Origin: Elusimicrobiota bacterium
Lineage (GTDB): Bacteria > Elusimicrobiota > UBA8919
DNA: 15,025 bases
Assembly (NCBI GenBank): GCA_043816185.1
Contig: JBDRIG010000029.1
Span: 1 to 15,025, forward strand
Direction: 5' to 3'
Below, in pieces: positions 7,160 to 14,931 of this stretch; position 1 is the stretch's first letter; every line of letters starts with the position of its first letter. The notes under the pieces are model-generated. The model made no database searches and was not told the DNA's origin. It saw nothing but the letters and a program-made list of their open reading frames with translations. Made by a program: the position numbers and the translations under genes.

Positions 7160-7188
7160 TTGACATTTAGTAAATTAATAAGTAACTT
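7160..7188 (+). promoter_or_regulatory. Putative sigma70 promoter for ddl-ftsQ-pilD
   Basis: Perfect TTGACA (7160-7165), 17-nt spacer, TAACTT (7183-7188; conserved T, A and terminal T present). Confidence 0.55.
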
Positions 7189-7275
7189 GTTGTAAAACCA
7201 CCAATTATAAAACCACCAAAAAAGTCCTTGAGTGGTTTTTTGATTACAGTAAAATATTGTGTAATCTAAAAAATT

Positions 7276-8250
7276 ATGAAAATAAAAAAAATTGGAATTA
7301 TTTATGGAGGAAAATCGTCGGAGCGAGAGATTTCATTGAAGACAGGTTCTGCTATTGCAGATGCGCTAAAAAAAGAGAAATATAAAATTGTGCCTATAGA
7401 TTCTGGTAAAAAGGATTTTGTAAAAAAACTTTTATCAGAAAAGATTGATTTTGCTTTTATTGCACTTCATGGTCGTTTTGGTGAAGATGGTACCATGCAA
7501 TGTCTTTTGGAAATTTTAGAAATTCCATATAGTGGATCTGGGGTATTGGCTTCCGCTCTGGCTATAAATAAAATTTTATCAAAGGTAATTTTTGAATCCA
7601 AAAATATTCCAACACCTAAATGGCAAGTTGTTGTATCTGCTCCTCGTTCCTTATTTCTTCGACAGCTACAACAAGTCTATTCAATTATTTCCCGTTTTCC
7701 CGTCATTGTCAAACCATCGAAACAAGGTTCGGCAATAGGGATTACAATTGTAAGAAAAAAATCGCAACTAAAAAAAGCGATAGAAAATGCACTAAAATAT
7801 GATTGTGAATCTCACCTGATGGGTGTCGAAGGTGGACAGGTAATTATTGAGGAATATATTGCAGGCAAAGAAATAACAGTTCCAATACTTGGAGATAGAG
7901 TTCTCTCGCCGATTGAAATTATTCCAAAAAATGAATTTTATGATTTTCATTCGAAATATGCAGATGGTGGTTCCAAGCATTTAATTCCGCCTAGGCTTTC
8001 TCAGAAAACTATTAATAAAGCAAAACAACTTGGACTTTTATCTCATAAGTGTCTTGGATGTAGTGTAATGTCTCGCGTAGATATGATTGTTGACAAGAAA
8101 AACAAAATTTATGTGCTGGAGGTTAATACAATCCCCGGAATGACTGCGACATCTCTTTTTCCTGAGTCAGCGAAGTACGACGGTTATACGTTTGCAGAAT
8201 TAATAAAAAAAATAATAGAGCTATCGTTAAATCAATATTCTAAAATGTGA
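7276..8250 (+). CDS. ddl: D-alanine--D-alanine ligase
   Basis: GGKSSEREISL, ALHGRFGEDGT, PYSGSGVLASA, IVKPSKQGSA, FYDFHSKY (omega-loop K-Y of D-Ala-D-Ala-type enzymes), RVD, LEVNTIPGMT. Confidence 0.97.
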   Translation: MKIKKIGIIYGGKSSEREISLKTGSAIADALKKEKYKIVPIDSGKKDFVKKLLSEKIDFAFIALHGRFGEDGTMQCLLEILEIPYSGSGVLASALAINKILSKVIFESKNIPTPKWQVVVSAPRSLFLRQLQQVYSIISRFPVIVKPSKQGSAIGITIVRKKSQLKKAIENALKYDCESHLMGVEGGQVIIEEYIAGKEITVPILGDRVLSPIEIIPKNEFYDFHSKYADGGSKHLIPPRLSQKTINKAKQLGLLSHKCLGCSVMSRVDMIVDKKNKIYVLEVNTIPGMTATSLFPESAKYDGYTFAELIKKIIELSLNQYSKM

Positions 8251-8279
8251 ATATTTTATAATATCTAAGTATAAATGAA

Positions 8280-9044
8280 ATGGGAAAACATAGAGTTAGA
8301 GTACGACATAAGGTAAAAATTGGGCGAAACAAAAAAAGAAAAAAGATATTAGTTAAAGTTACATTGGTAATTATTTTATTTTGTGCGTTAAGTTTTGCCA
8401 TTAATAAAGTATCAATGTTTTTGTTGACCTCTTCGATTTTTGACATAAAATTAGTAGAAATAAAGGGAAACAATATTATTGATAAGTCGGTAGTTTTGAA
8501 TTGTCTGGATTTTAATGGAAAAAATATATTTCTGCTAAAATTAAAAAACAAGGAATCACAATTAAAAGAAGAGTTCGCCGTTATAAAAAATGTGAAAATA
8601 AATAGATGGTTTCCAAATAAAATAATTGTTGAAATTGAAGAACGAATACCACTTGCAGAAATATTAACTCCAAATAAGAGAGTAGGAATTGATGAAAATT
8701 TGAAACTATTTGTTTTATCAGAAAACTACACGGTACTTACAAAAATTTCAGATGATTTAACTTTGGAAAACAAGATTGTCTGCTTGAGATTTCTTAAAGA
8801 AATTTTGAATTTACCTGTTTACAAAAAAATAAAAGAAATTACAGCGATTTCGCCCAATGATGTTGTTTTTTTTATTGAAAATAATTGTAAAGTTTGTATT
8901 GGTAACGAGCAAAATGTAGAGCAGAAAATTTCTTATCTCGAAAAGGTCCTCAGTGATTTAGAAACAAAAGGTAAACAAGCACAATACATAAATATGCGTG
9001 ATTTTTCAGACGAAAATAAAGAGGTAGTTATAAGAATGAATTAA
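8280..9044 (+). CDS. ftsQ: Cell division protein FtsQ/DivIB
   Basis: Basic cytoplasmic N-terminus, single TM helix, POTRA-like 'FDIKLVEIKGN...IKNVKINRWFPNKIIVEIEERIP', C-terminal 'YINMR'. Lies directly after ddl, as in dcw clusters. Confidence 0.88.
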   Translation: MGKHRVRVRHKVKIGRNKKRKKILVKVTLVIILFCALSFAINKVSMFLLTSSIFDIKLVEIKGNNIIDKSVVLNCLDFNGKNIFLLKLKNKESQLKEEFAVIKNVKINRWFPNKIIVEIEERIPLAEILTPNKRVGIDENLKLFVLSENYTVLTKISDDLTLENKIVCLRFLKEILNLPVYKKIKEITAISPNDVVFFIENNCKVCIGNEQNVEQKISYLEKVLSDLETKGKQAQYINMRDFSDENKEVVIRMN

Positions 9045-9064
9045 AATATAAGGATAAATTAAAA

Positions 9065-9805
9065 GTGGTTGGATTATATTTTTTTATTATTGGAACATTT
9101 TTTGGTTCATTTGCGAACGTGGTAATACGACGGCTTCCATATGGCAAATCGATAGTAAAGCCTGCCTCACATTGTCCAAAATGCCTCATTCCAATAAAGT
9201 GGTATGATAATATTCCCATAGTAAGTTTCTTTCTGTTGAAGGGAAAATGTCGCAACTGCAAAACTACTATCTCGCCCGAATATCTTTTTGTTGAATTAGT
9301 AACGGCAGTTTATTTTTTGATGGCTTATTTCCATTTTGGACTAACGTCAATTTTTTTTATTTCGCTTTTTTTAGGTTTTTCTCTTATCGTAATATCTTTT
9401 ACCGACCTACATTTAAAAATAATTCCCGATAATATAATAATTTTGCTTTTGGTTTTTGGACTCTCCTCAAGTTTTTTCAATCCTGTTGTGAATTTCAATT
9501 TTTTAAATTCCATCAAAGGTGCATTGTTTGGCGGAGTATTGCTTTTCCTTATTGCGTTTGTTGGGTGTAAAATCTATAAAAAAGATGTATTAGGCGGTGG
9601 GGATATAAAACTTCTTGCTGCTGGTGGAAGTTTTCTGGGGTTACAAAACATTTTTTTTGCATTTTTTGTTGCTTGCTTCATTGGCGGGATTATAGGGTTG
9701 TTTTTAATTCTTATTAAAAATAAAAAAAAATCCGATTTTATGCCTTTCGGACCTTTTATATCAATAGGTATACTTATTATTTTATATATAGGATTATGGA
9801 AATAA
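9065..9805 (+). CDS. pilD: Type IV prepilin peptidase/N-methyltransferase (peptidase A24)
   Basis: GSFANVVIRRLP, zinc motif SHCPKC...CRNC, catalytic Asp motifs FTDLHLKIIPD and GGGDIKL, MPFGPFI, multiple TM helices, GTG start. Confidence 0.93.
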   Translation: MVGLYFFIIGTFFGSFANVVIRRLPYGKSIVKPASHCPKCLIPIKWYDNIPIVSFFLLKGKCRNCKTTISPEYLFVELVTAVYFLMAYFHFGLTSIFFISLFLGFSLIVISFTDLHLKIIPDNIIILLLVFGLSSSFFNPVVNFNFLNSIKGALFGGVLLFLIAFVGCKIYKKDVLGGGDIKLLAAGGSFLGLQNIFFAFFVACFIGGIIGLFLILIKNKKKSDFMPFGPFISIGILIILYIGLWK

Positions 9806-9852
9806 AGAGATAGGTAAGAGGTAGAGAAGTAAGAGACAAATACTACATTTTT

Positions 9853-10842
9853 TTAAGGCACCTCTACTTCAGTAAGTATTCTTTTCACAATATCTTCCGA
9901 TGTTATGTTTTCCGCTTCCGCTTCATAAGTTAAAATAATTCTGTGTCTTAAAACATCCATCGCAACATTTTTTATATCCTCTGGTGTTACATAGCCACGA
10001 CCAGATATAAACGCATACGACTTCGATGCTTCTGCTAAATAAATTGAAGCACGCGGCGAGGCACCATACGATATCATATTTTTCAAATCTTTAATTTTGT
10101 ATTCTTCTGGATTTCTTGTAGCAAACACGATATCAACAATATAGTCTTTTATCTTTTCGTCCATATAAACTAATCTGACCGATTCCCTTGCTTTTTTAAT
10201 TCTTTCCGCGTTCACCACTTTTTTTACCTCTCCAAAATTATTCGTAGATACTTTTTCCATAATTTCTTTTTCTTCTTTTTTATTTGGATATGTTATTTTT
10301 ATTTTAAACATAAACCTATCAACCTGTGCTTCGGGAAGTGGATATGTGCCCTCTTGTTCAATCGGATTTTGTGTTGCAAGAACCATAAACGGGTCGTCAA
10401 GTGGATATGTTTTATCTGAAATTGAAACTTGTCTTTCCTGCATCGCCTCTAAAAGTGCCGACTGAACTTTAGCAGGCGCACGATTGATTTCGTCGGCAAG
10501 AATTAAATTGGCAAAGACAGGACCTTTTTTTATATTAAATTCAGCAGTTTTTGGATTAAATACCATAGTTCCTATAACGTCACCAGGCAATAAATCAGGA
10601 GTAAACTGAATTCTTGAAAATTTACAGTCAATTGAATTGGTGAGTGTTTTGATAGCAAGTGTTTTTGCAAGACCAGGAACTCCTTCAACCAAAATATGTC
10701 CGTCAGATAAAAGTCCAATAAGAAGTCGTTCTAAAAGATAGTGTTGTCCTACAATAACCTTTTCCATTTCGTTTGTAACTTCCGATACAAACAACGATTC
10801 TTGTTTAACAAGTTCATTAATTTCCTTAATACTTTTTTCCAT
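9853..10842 (-). CDS. moxR: MoxR-family AAA+ ATPase (MoxR proper type)
   Basis: Walker A GVPGLAKT, RIQFTPDLLPGD, Walker B LADEINRAPAKVQSALLEAMQE, NPIEQEGTYPLPEAQVDRF, GASPRA. Shine-Dalgarno AAGGAG upstream. Confidence 0.95.
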   Translation of the reverse strand: MEKSIKEINELVKQESLFVSEVTNEMEKVIVGQHYLLERLLIGLLSDGHILVEGVPGLAKTLAIKTLTNSIDCKFSRIQFTPDLLPGDVIGTMVFNPKTAEFNIKKGPVFANLILADEINRAPAKVQSALLEAMQERQVSISDKTYPLDDPFMVLATQNPIEQEGTYPLPEAQVDRFMFKIKITYPNKKEEKEIMEKVSTNNFGEVKKVVNAERIKKARESVRLVYMDEKIKDYIVDIVFATRNPEEYKIKDLKNMISYGASPRASIYLAEASKSYAFISGRGYVTPEDIKNVAMDVLRHRIILTYEAEAENITSEDIVKRILTEVEVP

Positions 10843-10898
10843 TTTTTTAAATCTCCTTTAGAGTATTAGCTAAATTGTTGTTTTTTTGATAAATAGCA

Positions 10899-11028
10899 CT
10901 ACTTCATTAAGTTCAGTTTGTTATTGTGAACGACCTTGTCCGTCATCTATCGGTGCTCTCAAGTGTAACACTTCACAATTTCGGTAACAGATTTCTTTCA
11001 GTCTGAATGACAGTTTTTCGCAATGACA
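10899..11028. repeat. Modular palindromic repeat, copy 3 (degenerate)
   Basis: Cap CTACTTCATTAAGTTCAGTTTGTTATTGTGAA (10899-10930). 10919-10930 pairs with TTCGCAATGACA (11017-11028). 10961-10985 matches the reverse complement of 3121-3145 at 23/25. 10999-11011 is the exact reverse complement of 14925-14937. Confidence 0.8.
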
Positions 11029-11059
11029 CCTTGTAACACCACACCATGCCGTTACTACT

Positions 11060-11100
11060 GGACATGTAAAAAATTTCAAAAATTCGATTTTTTAGTGTCC
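11060..11100 (-). terminator. Imperfect hairpin downstream of kdsB (possible terminator or small repeat remnant)
   Basis: GGACATGTAAAAAAT (11060-11074)/ATTTTTTAGTGTCC (11087-11100) inverted repeat with a 1-nt indel, 20 nt after the kdsB stop. No clear U-tract. Confidence 0.3.
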
Positions 11101-11120
11101 CTACATAATAAAGTTGTTGT

Positions 11121-11837
11121 TCAATCTGGCGATGAATTAAAACGATGAGATAAATTTTTTTTTACTTTTTCTAAATCACTTTTTGTATCAACACCTATTG
11201 TTTGATATTTTGTTTTTGCGACATAAATTTTATAACCATTCTCTAAAATTCTAAGTTGCTCAAGTTTTTCTGAGATCTCGAGATTAGATTGTTCCATCTG
11301 TGCGAACTTTAGCAAAAAATTTTTTCTATATGCGTAAAGTCCAATGTGCTTAAAAGAATTTGAAAGTGGAAGTCGAGAAAAATAAATTGCGAAATTATTT
11401 TTATCCAAAATCACTTTAACATTATTCGGATTAATTTTTTCTTTCTCGTTTTCAAAATCCGTCGCAATCGTGGCAACCTGAATGTTTTTATTTTTTATAA
11501 GTGGTTCAATGGCACCGTCAATAATTTCATGTTTTATCAATGGTTCATCGCCCTGTATATTTACAGTAATATCGCAATTGATTTTTTTTGCAAGGAATGC
11601 GAGGCGGTCAGTTCCACTATTACATTCAGGCGTCATAACAATTTTCGCACCAAAACCCACAGCACAGTCAAAAATCCTTTTATCGTCGGTGGCAAAAATA
11701 ACCTCGTTTAAAAGTTTCGATTTCAAAGCCGCTTCATAAACCCATTGAATCATTGGTTTGTTTAAAATTTTGGAGAGTGGTTTCCCAGGGAATCTTGTAG
11801 AAGAATATCTTACAGGAATAATTCCGATTATTTTCAT
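11121..11837 (-). CDS. kdsB: 3-deoxy-manno-octulosonate cytidylyltransferase (CMP-Kdo synthetase)
   Basis: IIPVRYSSTRFPGKPL, SGTDR, VNIQGDEP, AIYFSR, HIGLYAY, EKLEQLRILENG, IGVDT. Confidence 0.97.
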   Translation of the reverse strand: MKIIGIIPVRYSSTRFPGKPLSKILNKPMIQWVYEAALKSKLLNEVIFATDDKRIFDCAVGFGAKIVMTPECNSGTDRLAFLAKKINCDITVNIQGDEPLIKHEIIDGAIEPLIKNKNIQVATIATDFENEKEKINPNNVKVILDKNNFAIYFSRLPLSNSFKHIGLYAYRKNFLLKFAQMEQSNLEISEKLEQLRILENGYKIYVAKTKYQTIGVDTKSDLEKVKKNLSHRFNSSPD

Positions 11838-11849
11838 TTCAACTTATTT

Positions 11850-12815
11850 TTATTTCAACGATTTAGTCAGTTCCGTCATAGAAACTACCGCTGTTCCAAG
11901 TTTGCCGACGACAATGCCAGCGGCAGAATTTGCAATTTTTGACGCATCCAACAACGATGCACCACAAGACAAAGCAAGCGTTAAAACGGCAATCACTGTA
12001 TCGCCAGCACCAGTTACATCAAAAACTTCTTTTGCCATCGTTGGTATATGCGTAATTCTTTCTTTTTCAAAAAGTGTCATTCCATTTTCACCTTGAGTAA
12101 TTAAGACAGAACGACATTTAAGTTTTTTCATTATTTTTAATCCAAGATTTTTTAAGTCATTCTCATCTTTTAATTTAGAAATACCTATTCCCGCAGTTGC
12201 CTCATAAATATTTGGGGTTAAACAGTCCACGAATTTATATCTTGAAAAATTCTCAATTTTTGGATCAACGGTAATAATCTTTTTATATTTTTTTGCTAAT
12301 CGTATAATCTGTTTTATCAACTTTTGTGTTACAACACCCTTGCCGTAATCCGATACCAAAACAGCATCCGATTCAAGTATTTTTTTGTTTATAAATTGTA
12401 TAATTTTTTCCGTCATTGGTGGCAAAAGTTCACGCACTGTTTCTTTATCAAATCTTACAACTTGTTGATGTCCTGCTATAATTCGAGTTTTAACCGATGT
12501 TTTTATTGTGTTATCAGTAATAATTCCACTAACATCAATACCCTTTTTGTTAAATTCTTTTAGTATAACTTCTGCGGTGTAATCATTACCTACAAGACCA
12601 ACAATTGAAACACCGCCACCAAGAGAGACTATGTTATTAGCAACATTTCCAGCACCACCGAGTTGGTACGTTTCGTTTTTAACCTCAATTACAGGGACAG
12701 GTGCTTCGGGAGAAATTCTTCTTGCTTCACCACGCACAAATTTATCAAGAATTAAATCGCCGACGATAAGTACCTTCGCTTTTTGGAACTTTTCTAATAT
12801 ATTATTTAAATTCAT
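11850..12815 (-). CDS. rfaE1: D-glycero-beta-D-manno-heptose-7-phosphate kinase (stand-alone RfaE domain I/HldA, PfkB family)
   Basis: GDLILDKF, RISPEAPVPV, LGGAGNVA, SDYGKG, VDPK, LTPN, DVTGAGDTV, VGKLGTA. No fused adenylyltransferase domain. Confidence 0.95.
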   Translation of the reverse strand: MNLNNILEKFQKAKVLIVGDLILDKFVRGEARRISPEAPVPVIEVKNETYQLGGAGNVANNIVSLGGGVSIVGLVGNDYTAEVILKEFNKKGIDVSGIITDNTIKTSVKTRIIAGHQQVVRFDKETVRELLPPMTEKIIQFINKKILESDAVLVSDYGKGVVTQKLIKQIIRLAKKYKKIITVDPKIENFSRYKFVDCLTPNIYEATAGIGISKLKDENDLKNLGLKIMKKLKCRSVLITQGENGMTLFEKERITHIPTMAKEVFDVTGAGDTVIAVLTLALSCGASLLDASKIANSAAGIVVGKLGTAVVSMTELTKSLK

Positions 12816-12836
12816 AGAGAAAATTATATAAATTTG

Positions 12837-13757
12837 TCAATGAAAAGTCAACAAACAGTTATATAAAAGTGGAAGCATAATTTCGTGATGGCCAATAAAG
12901 TAAAACCCGTTGTTTCCGTTAGGGCGAGATACGACATTTTCAAAAGCACGATATTGATAATTCATATCAAAATTCGCAGCCGTAAAATTTTTCACTTTAT
13001 TGCCGAGATTTCTTGAAAGATTGATAGCCTTTAAAAAGACCTCAGGTAAAATTACAGCAGAACCAAAATTAAGTATTACACCGTCTTCAAGTTTTGATAC
13101 GATTTCAGAAAATTTCAAAAAATCATTGTAGGAAGTTTTGCCCCAACTTGCACCGTCACATTCTGGATGCTGATAGAGTATATCCGTTCCGATACCTACA
13201 TGAACGGTCGCTGGAATTTTTAGTTTATGCGCATTTCCAAAAATACTTTCTTTATGAAATTTAAGTTTTTTTTCATTTATCATTTTTCCAATTGATTCAC
13301 CAAGTCCTAAATTTTCATTAGCACCTATTTTTACCGTTTCATTTACAAGACTACCTGTTTCAAAAGCCATTCCAAATTTTCCATTTGGTAATTGTTTGGC
13401 AACATCCTCAGACGTTTCTCCACAATATGAAATTTCAAAATCATGAACAATTGAGGCACCATTCGTCGCAATTGCTGTAATAAAATTCTTTTCCATCATT
13501 TCAATAACAAATCGAGAAAGTCCACATTTAATTATATGTGCTCCGAACATAAAAATTATGGTTTTTTTATTTTTTTTTGCAGTAGCAATTCTTTTTACAA
13601 GTTCCTTGAAATTTTTTCCAGCAAGTATGTCTGGAATGGTTTCTAAGAATTTTTTCCCCGATACATTGCCAAGTGATAAATTGTCAAACGTACTTAGTTG
13701 TACCTTGCTTTTTCTCTTCAGTATCGAGTATCTTTTTACATTTTTGAGATTTAACAT
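12837..13757 (-). CDS. Conserved hypothetical protein, GSU2086-like / deoxyhypusine-synthase-like fold (tentative)
   Basis: Motifs GAHIIKCGL, ATNGA..VHDFE, GETSEDV, GKFGMAFETG, HVGIGTDI, NFGSAVILPEVFLKA, GHHEIMLPLL, recognised from memory as a widespread uncharacterised family. Shine-Dalgarno AAGGAG upstream. Confidence 0.7.
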   Translation of the reverse strand: MLNLKNVKRYSILKRKSKVQLSTFDNLSLGNVSGKKFLETIPDILAGKNFKELVKRIATAKKNKKTIIFMFGAHIIKCGLSRFVIEMMEKNFITAIATNGASIVHDFEISYCGETSEDVAKQLPNGKFGMAFETGSLVNETVKIGANENLGLGESIGKMINEKKLKFHKESIFGNAHKLKIPATVHVGIGTDILYQHPECDGASWGKTSYNDFLKFSEIVSKLEDGVILNFGSAVILPEVFLKAINLSRNLGNKVKNFTAANFDMNYQYRAFENVVSRPNGNNGFYFIGHHEIMLPLLYNCLLTFH

Positions 13758-13806
13758 TTTTCTCCTTAGCGTATGTAAAATAATCCCAAATTGAGCGGGG
13801 AATTAC

Positions 13807-13847
13807 AAAAATGTATCGTTCGACTCGTAGTGTCGATTTCCGATACA
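13807..13847 (-). terminator. Putative intrinsic terminator/attenuator after trxB
   Basis: Minus strand TGTATCG-GAAA-TCGAC-ACTACGA-GTCGA-A-CGATACA followed by TTTTT, starting 5 nt after the trxB stop. Confidence 0.5.
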
Positions 13848-13852
13848 ATAAA

Positions 13853-14809
13853 TTATGAAACTGAATTAACGTATTTTTCCGCTGAAAACGCTGCGATAGC
13901 TCCATCAGCGCAGGCAGTAACAACCTGTTTTAATAATTTTTTTCTACAATCGCCTGCTGCGAAAATTCCTGCTTTATTTGTTTTCATTTCGTCGTCGGTA
14001 ATTATATAACCGTTTTCATCGAGTTTTAGAACACCCGTAAGATATTCGGTTTTTGGGATATAACCAACAAATATAAAAACACCATCGCAATTTATTTTTG
14101 AATTTTGTGAACTTACAATATTTTTTATCAACACATTTTCAACTTTTTTGTTGCCAATAATTTCTGTAATTTGTGAATTCCAAAGAAAATTTATTTTTTT
14201 ATTTGCAAGTACTCTTTCTTGTAAAATTTTTGTTGCACGTAGTTTATCACGCCTATGAACCACGAATACCTTATCTGCAAATTTTGTAAGAAAAAGTGAT
14301 TCTTCGATTGCTGTATCGCCACCACCAACTACTACAACCGTCTTATTTTTATAAAGTGCTGCATCACAAGTAGCACAATAAGAAACACCACATCCCTTGA
14401 ATTCTTTTTCACCTGGAATTCCAAGTTGTTTTGGTTTTATACCACTTGCTATTATTACGGATATCGCAGATATTGTGGGACAAGTTTCATCACCCGTTTT
14501 AATTTCTATGTTTTTTCTTGATTGTTCAATCGATGTATCGGTATAATTGATCGACACAACTTCATCAGAGATGATTTCTAACCCAAATTTTTTTGCCTGA
14601 ACTTTCAGATTTTCAATAAGTTGAAAGCCACTAATATCATCAGTAAATCCAGGATAGTTTTCAATAATATTAGTAGATAATGCCTGTCCGTCTATTCCAT
14701 AGTTGTCAATTAAAAGTGCTTTCATTCGTGCACGTGCGGCATAAATTCCAGATGCTAATCCTGCAGGACCACCGCCTATAATTACTACATCGTAAATTTT
14801 ATGTTCCAT
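13853..14809 (-). CDS. trxB: Thioredoxin-disulfide reductase
   Basis: GGGPAGL FAD-binding motif, IENYPGF, GVSYCATCD redox motif, GGGDTAIEE, HRRDKLRA, GIFAAGD...QVVTA. Confidence 0.97.
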   Translation of the reverse strand: MEHKIYDVVIIGGGPAGLASGIYAARARMKALLIDNYGIDGQALSTNIIENYPGFTDDISGFQLIENLKVQAKKFGLEIISDEVVSINYTDTSIEQSRKNIEIKTGDETCPTISAISVIIASGIKPKQLGIPGEKEFKGCGVSYCATCDAALYKNKTVVVVGGGDTAIEESLFLTKFADKVFVVHRRDKLRATKILQERVLANKKINFLWNSQITEIIGNKKVENVLIKNIVSSQNSKINCDGVFIFVGYIPKTEYLTGVLKLDENGYIITDDEMKTNKAGIFAAGDCRKKLLKQVVTACADGAIAAFSAEKYVNSVS

Positions 14810-14832
14810 AATATAGTGCCCATCGTCTATTA

Positions 14833-14931
14833 TTACTTCGCTAAGTTCAGTTTGTCATTGCAAGTGATTTTGCTCGTCGTTGCGAGAAGCGAATGAAATG
14901 AGCGACGAAGCAATCTCGGTTGTCGTCATTC
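14833..14931. repeat. Modular palindromic repeat, copy 4 (left half only, abutting an IS-like end)
   Basis: Cap TTACTTCGCTAAGTTCAGTTTGTCATTGCAAG, then AGTGATTTTGCTCGTCGTT (compare 3070-3088), then the 30-nt core AGCGAATGAAATGAGCGACGAAGCAATCTC (14888-14917). The complementary arms are missing. Confidence 0.85.

Noticed and set aside
7276..8250. VanA-like D-Ala-D-Lac ligase
   Set aside because: Short DdlB-type omega loop with K-Y, dcw context and no van genes.
9806..9836. Purine-rich GTAAGAG direct repeat between convergent pilD and moxR
   Set aside because: Only two 7-nt copies in low-complexity DNA and no hairpin; too weak to call.
14534..14557. TGTATCGG...ATCGACAC inside trxB resembling the hairpin arm at 13830-13847, within a slightly long TrxB loop
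   Set aside because: Two 8-mers with different spacing in a naturally variable loop; chance cannot be excluded.
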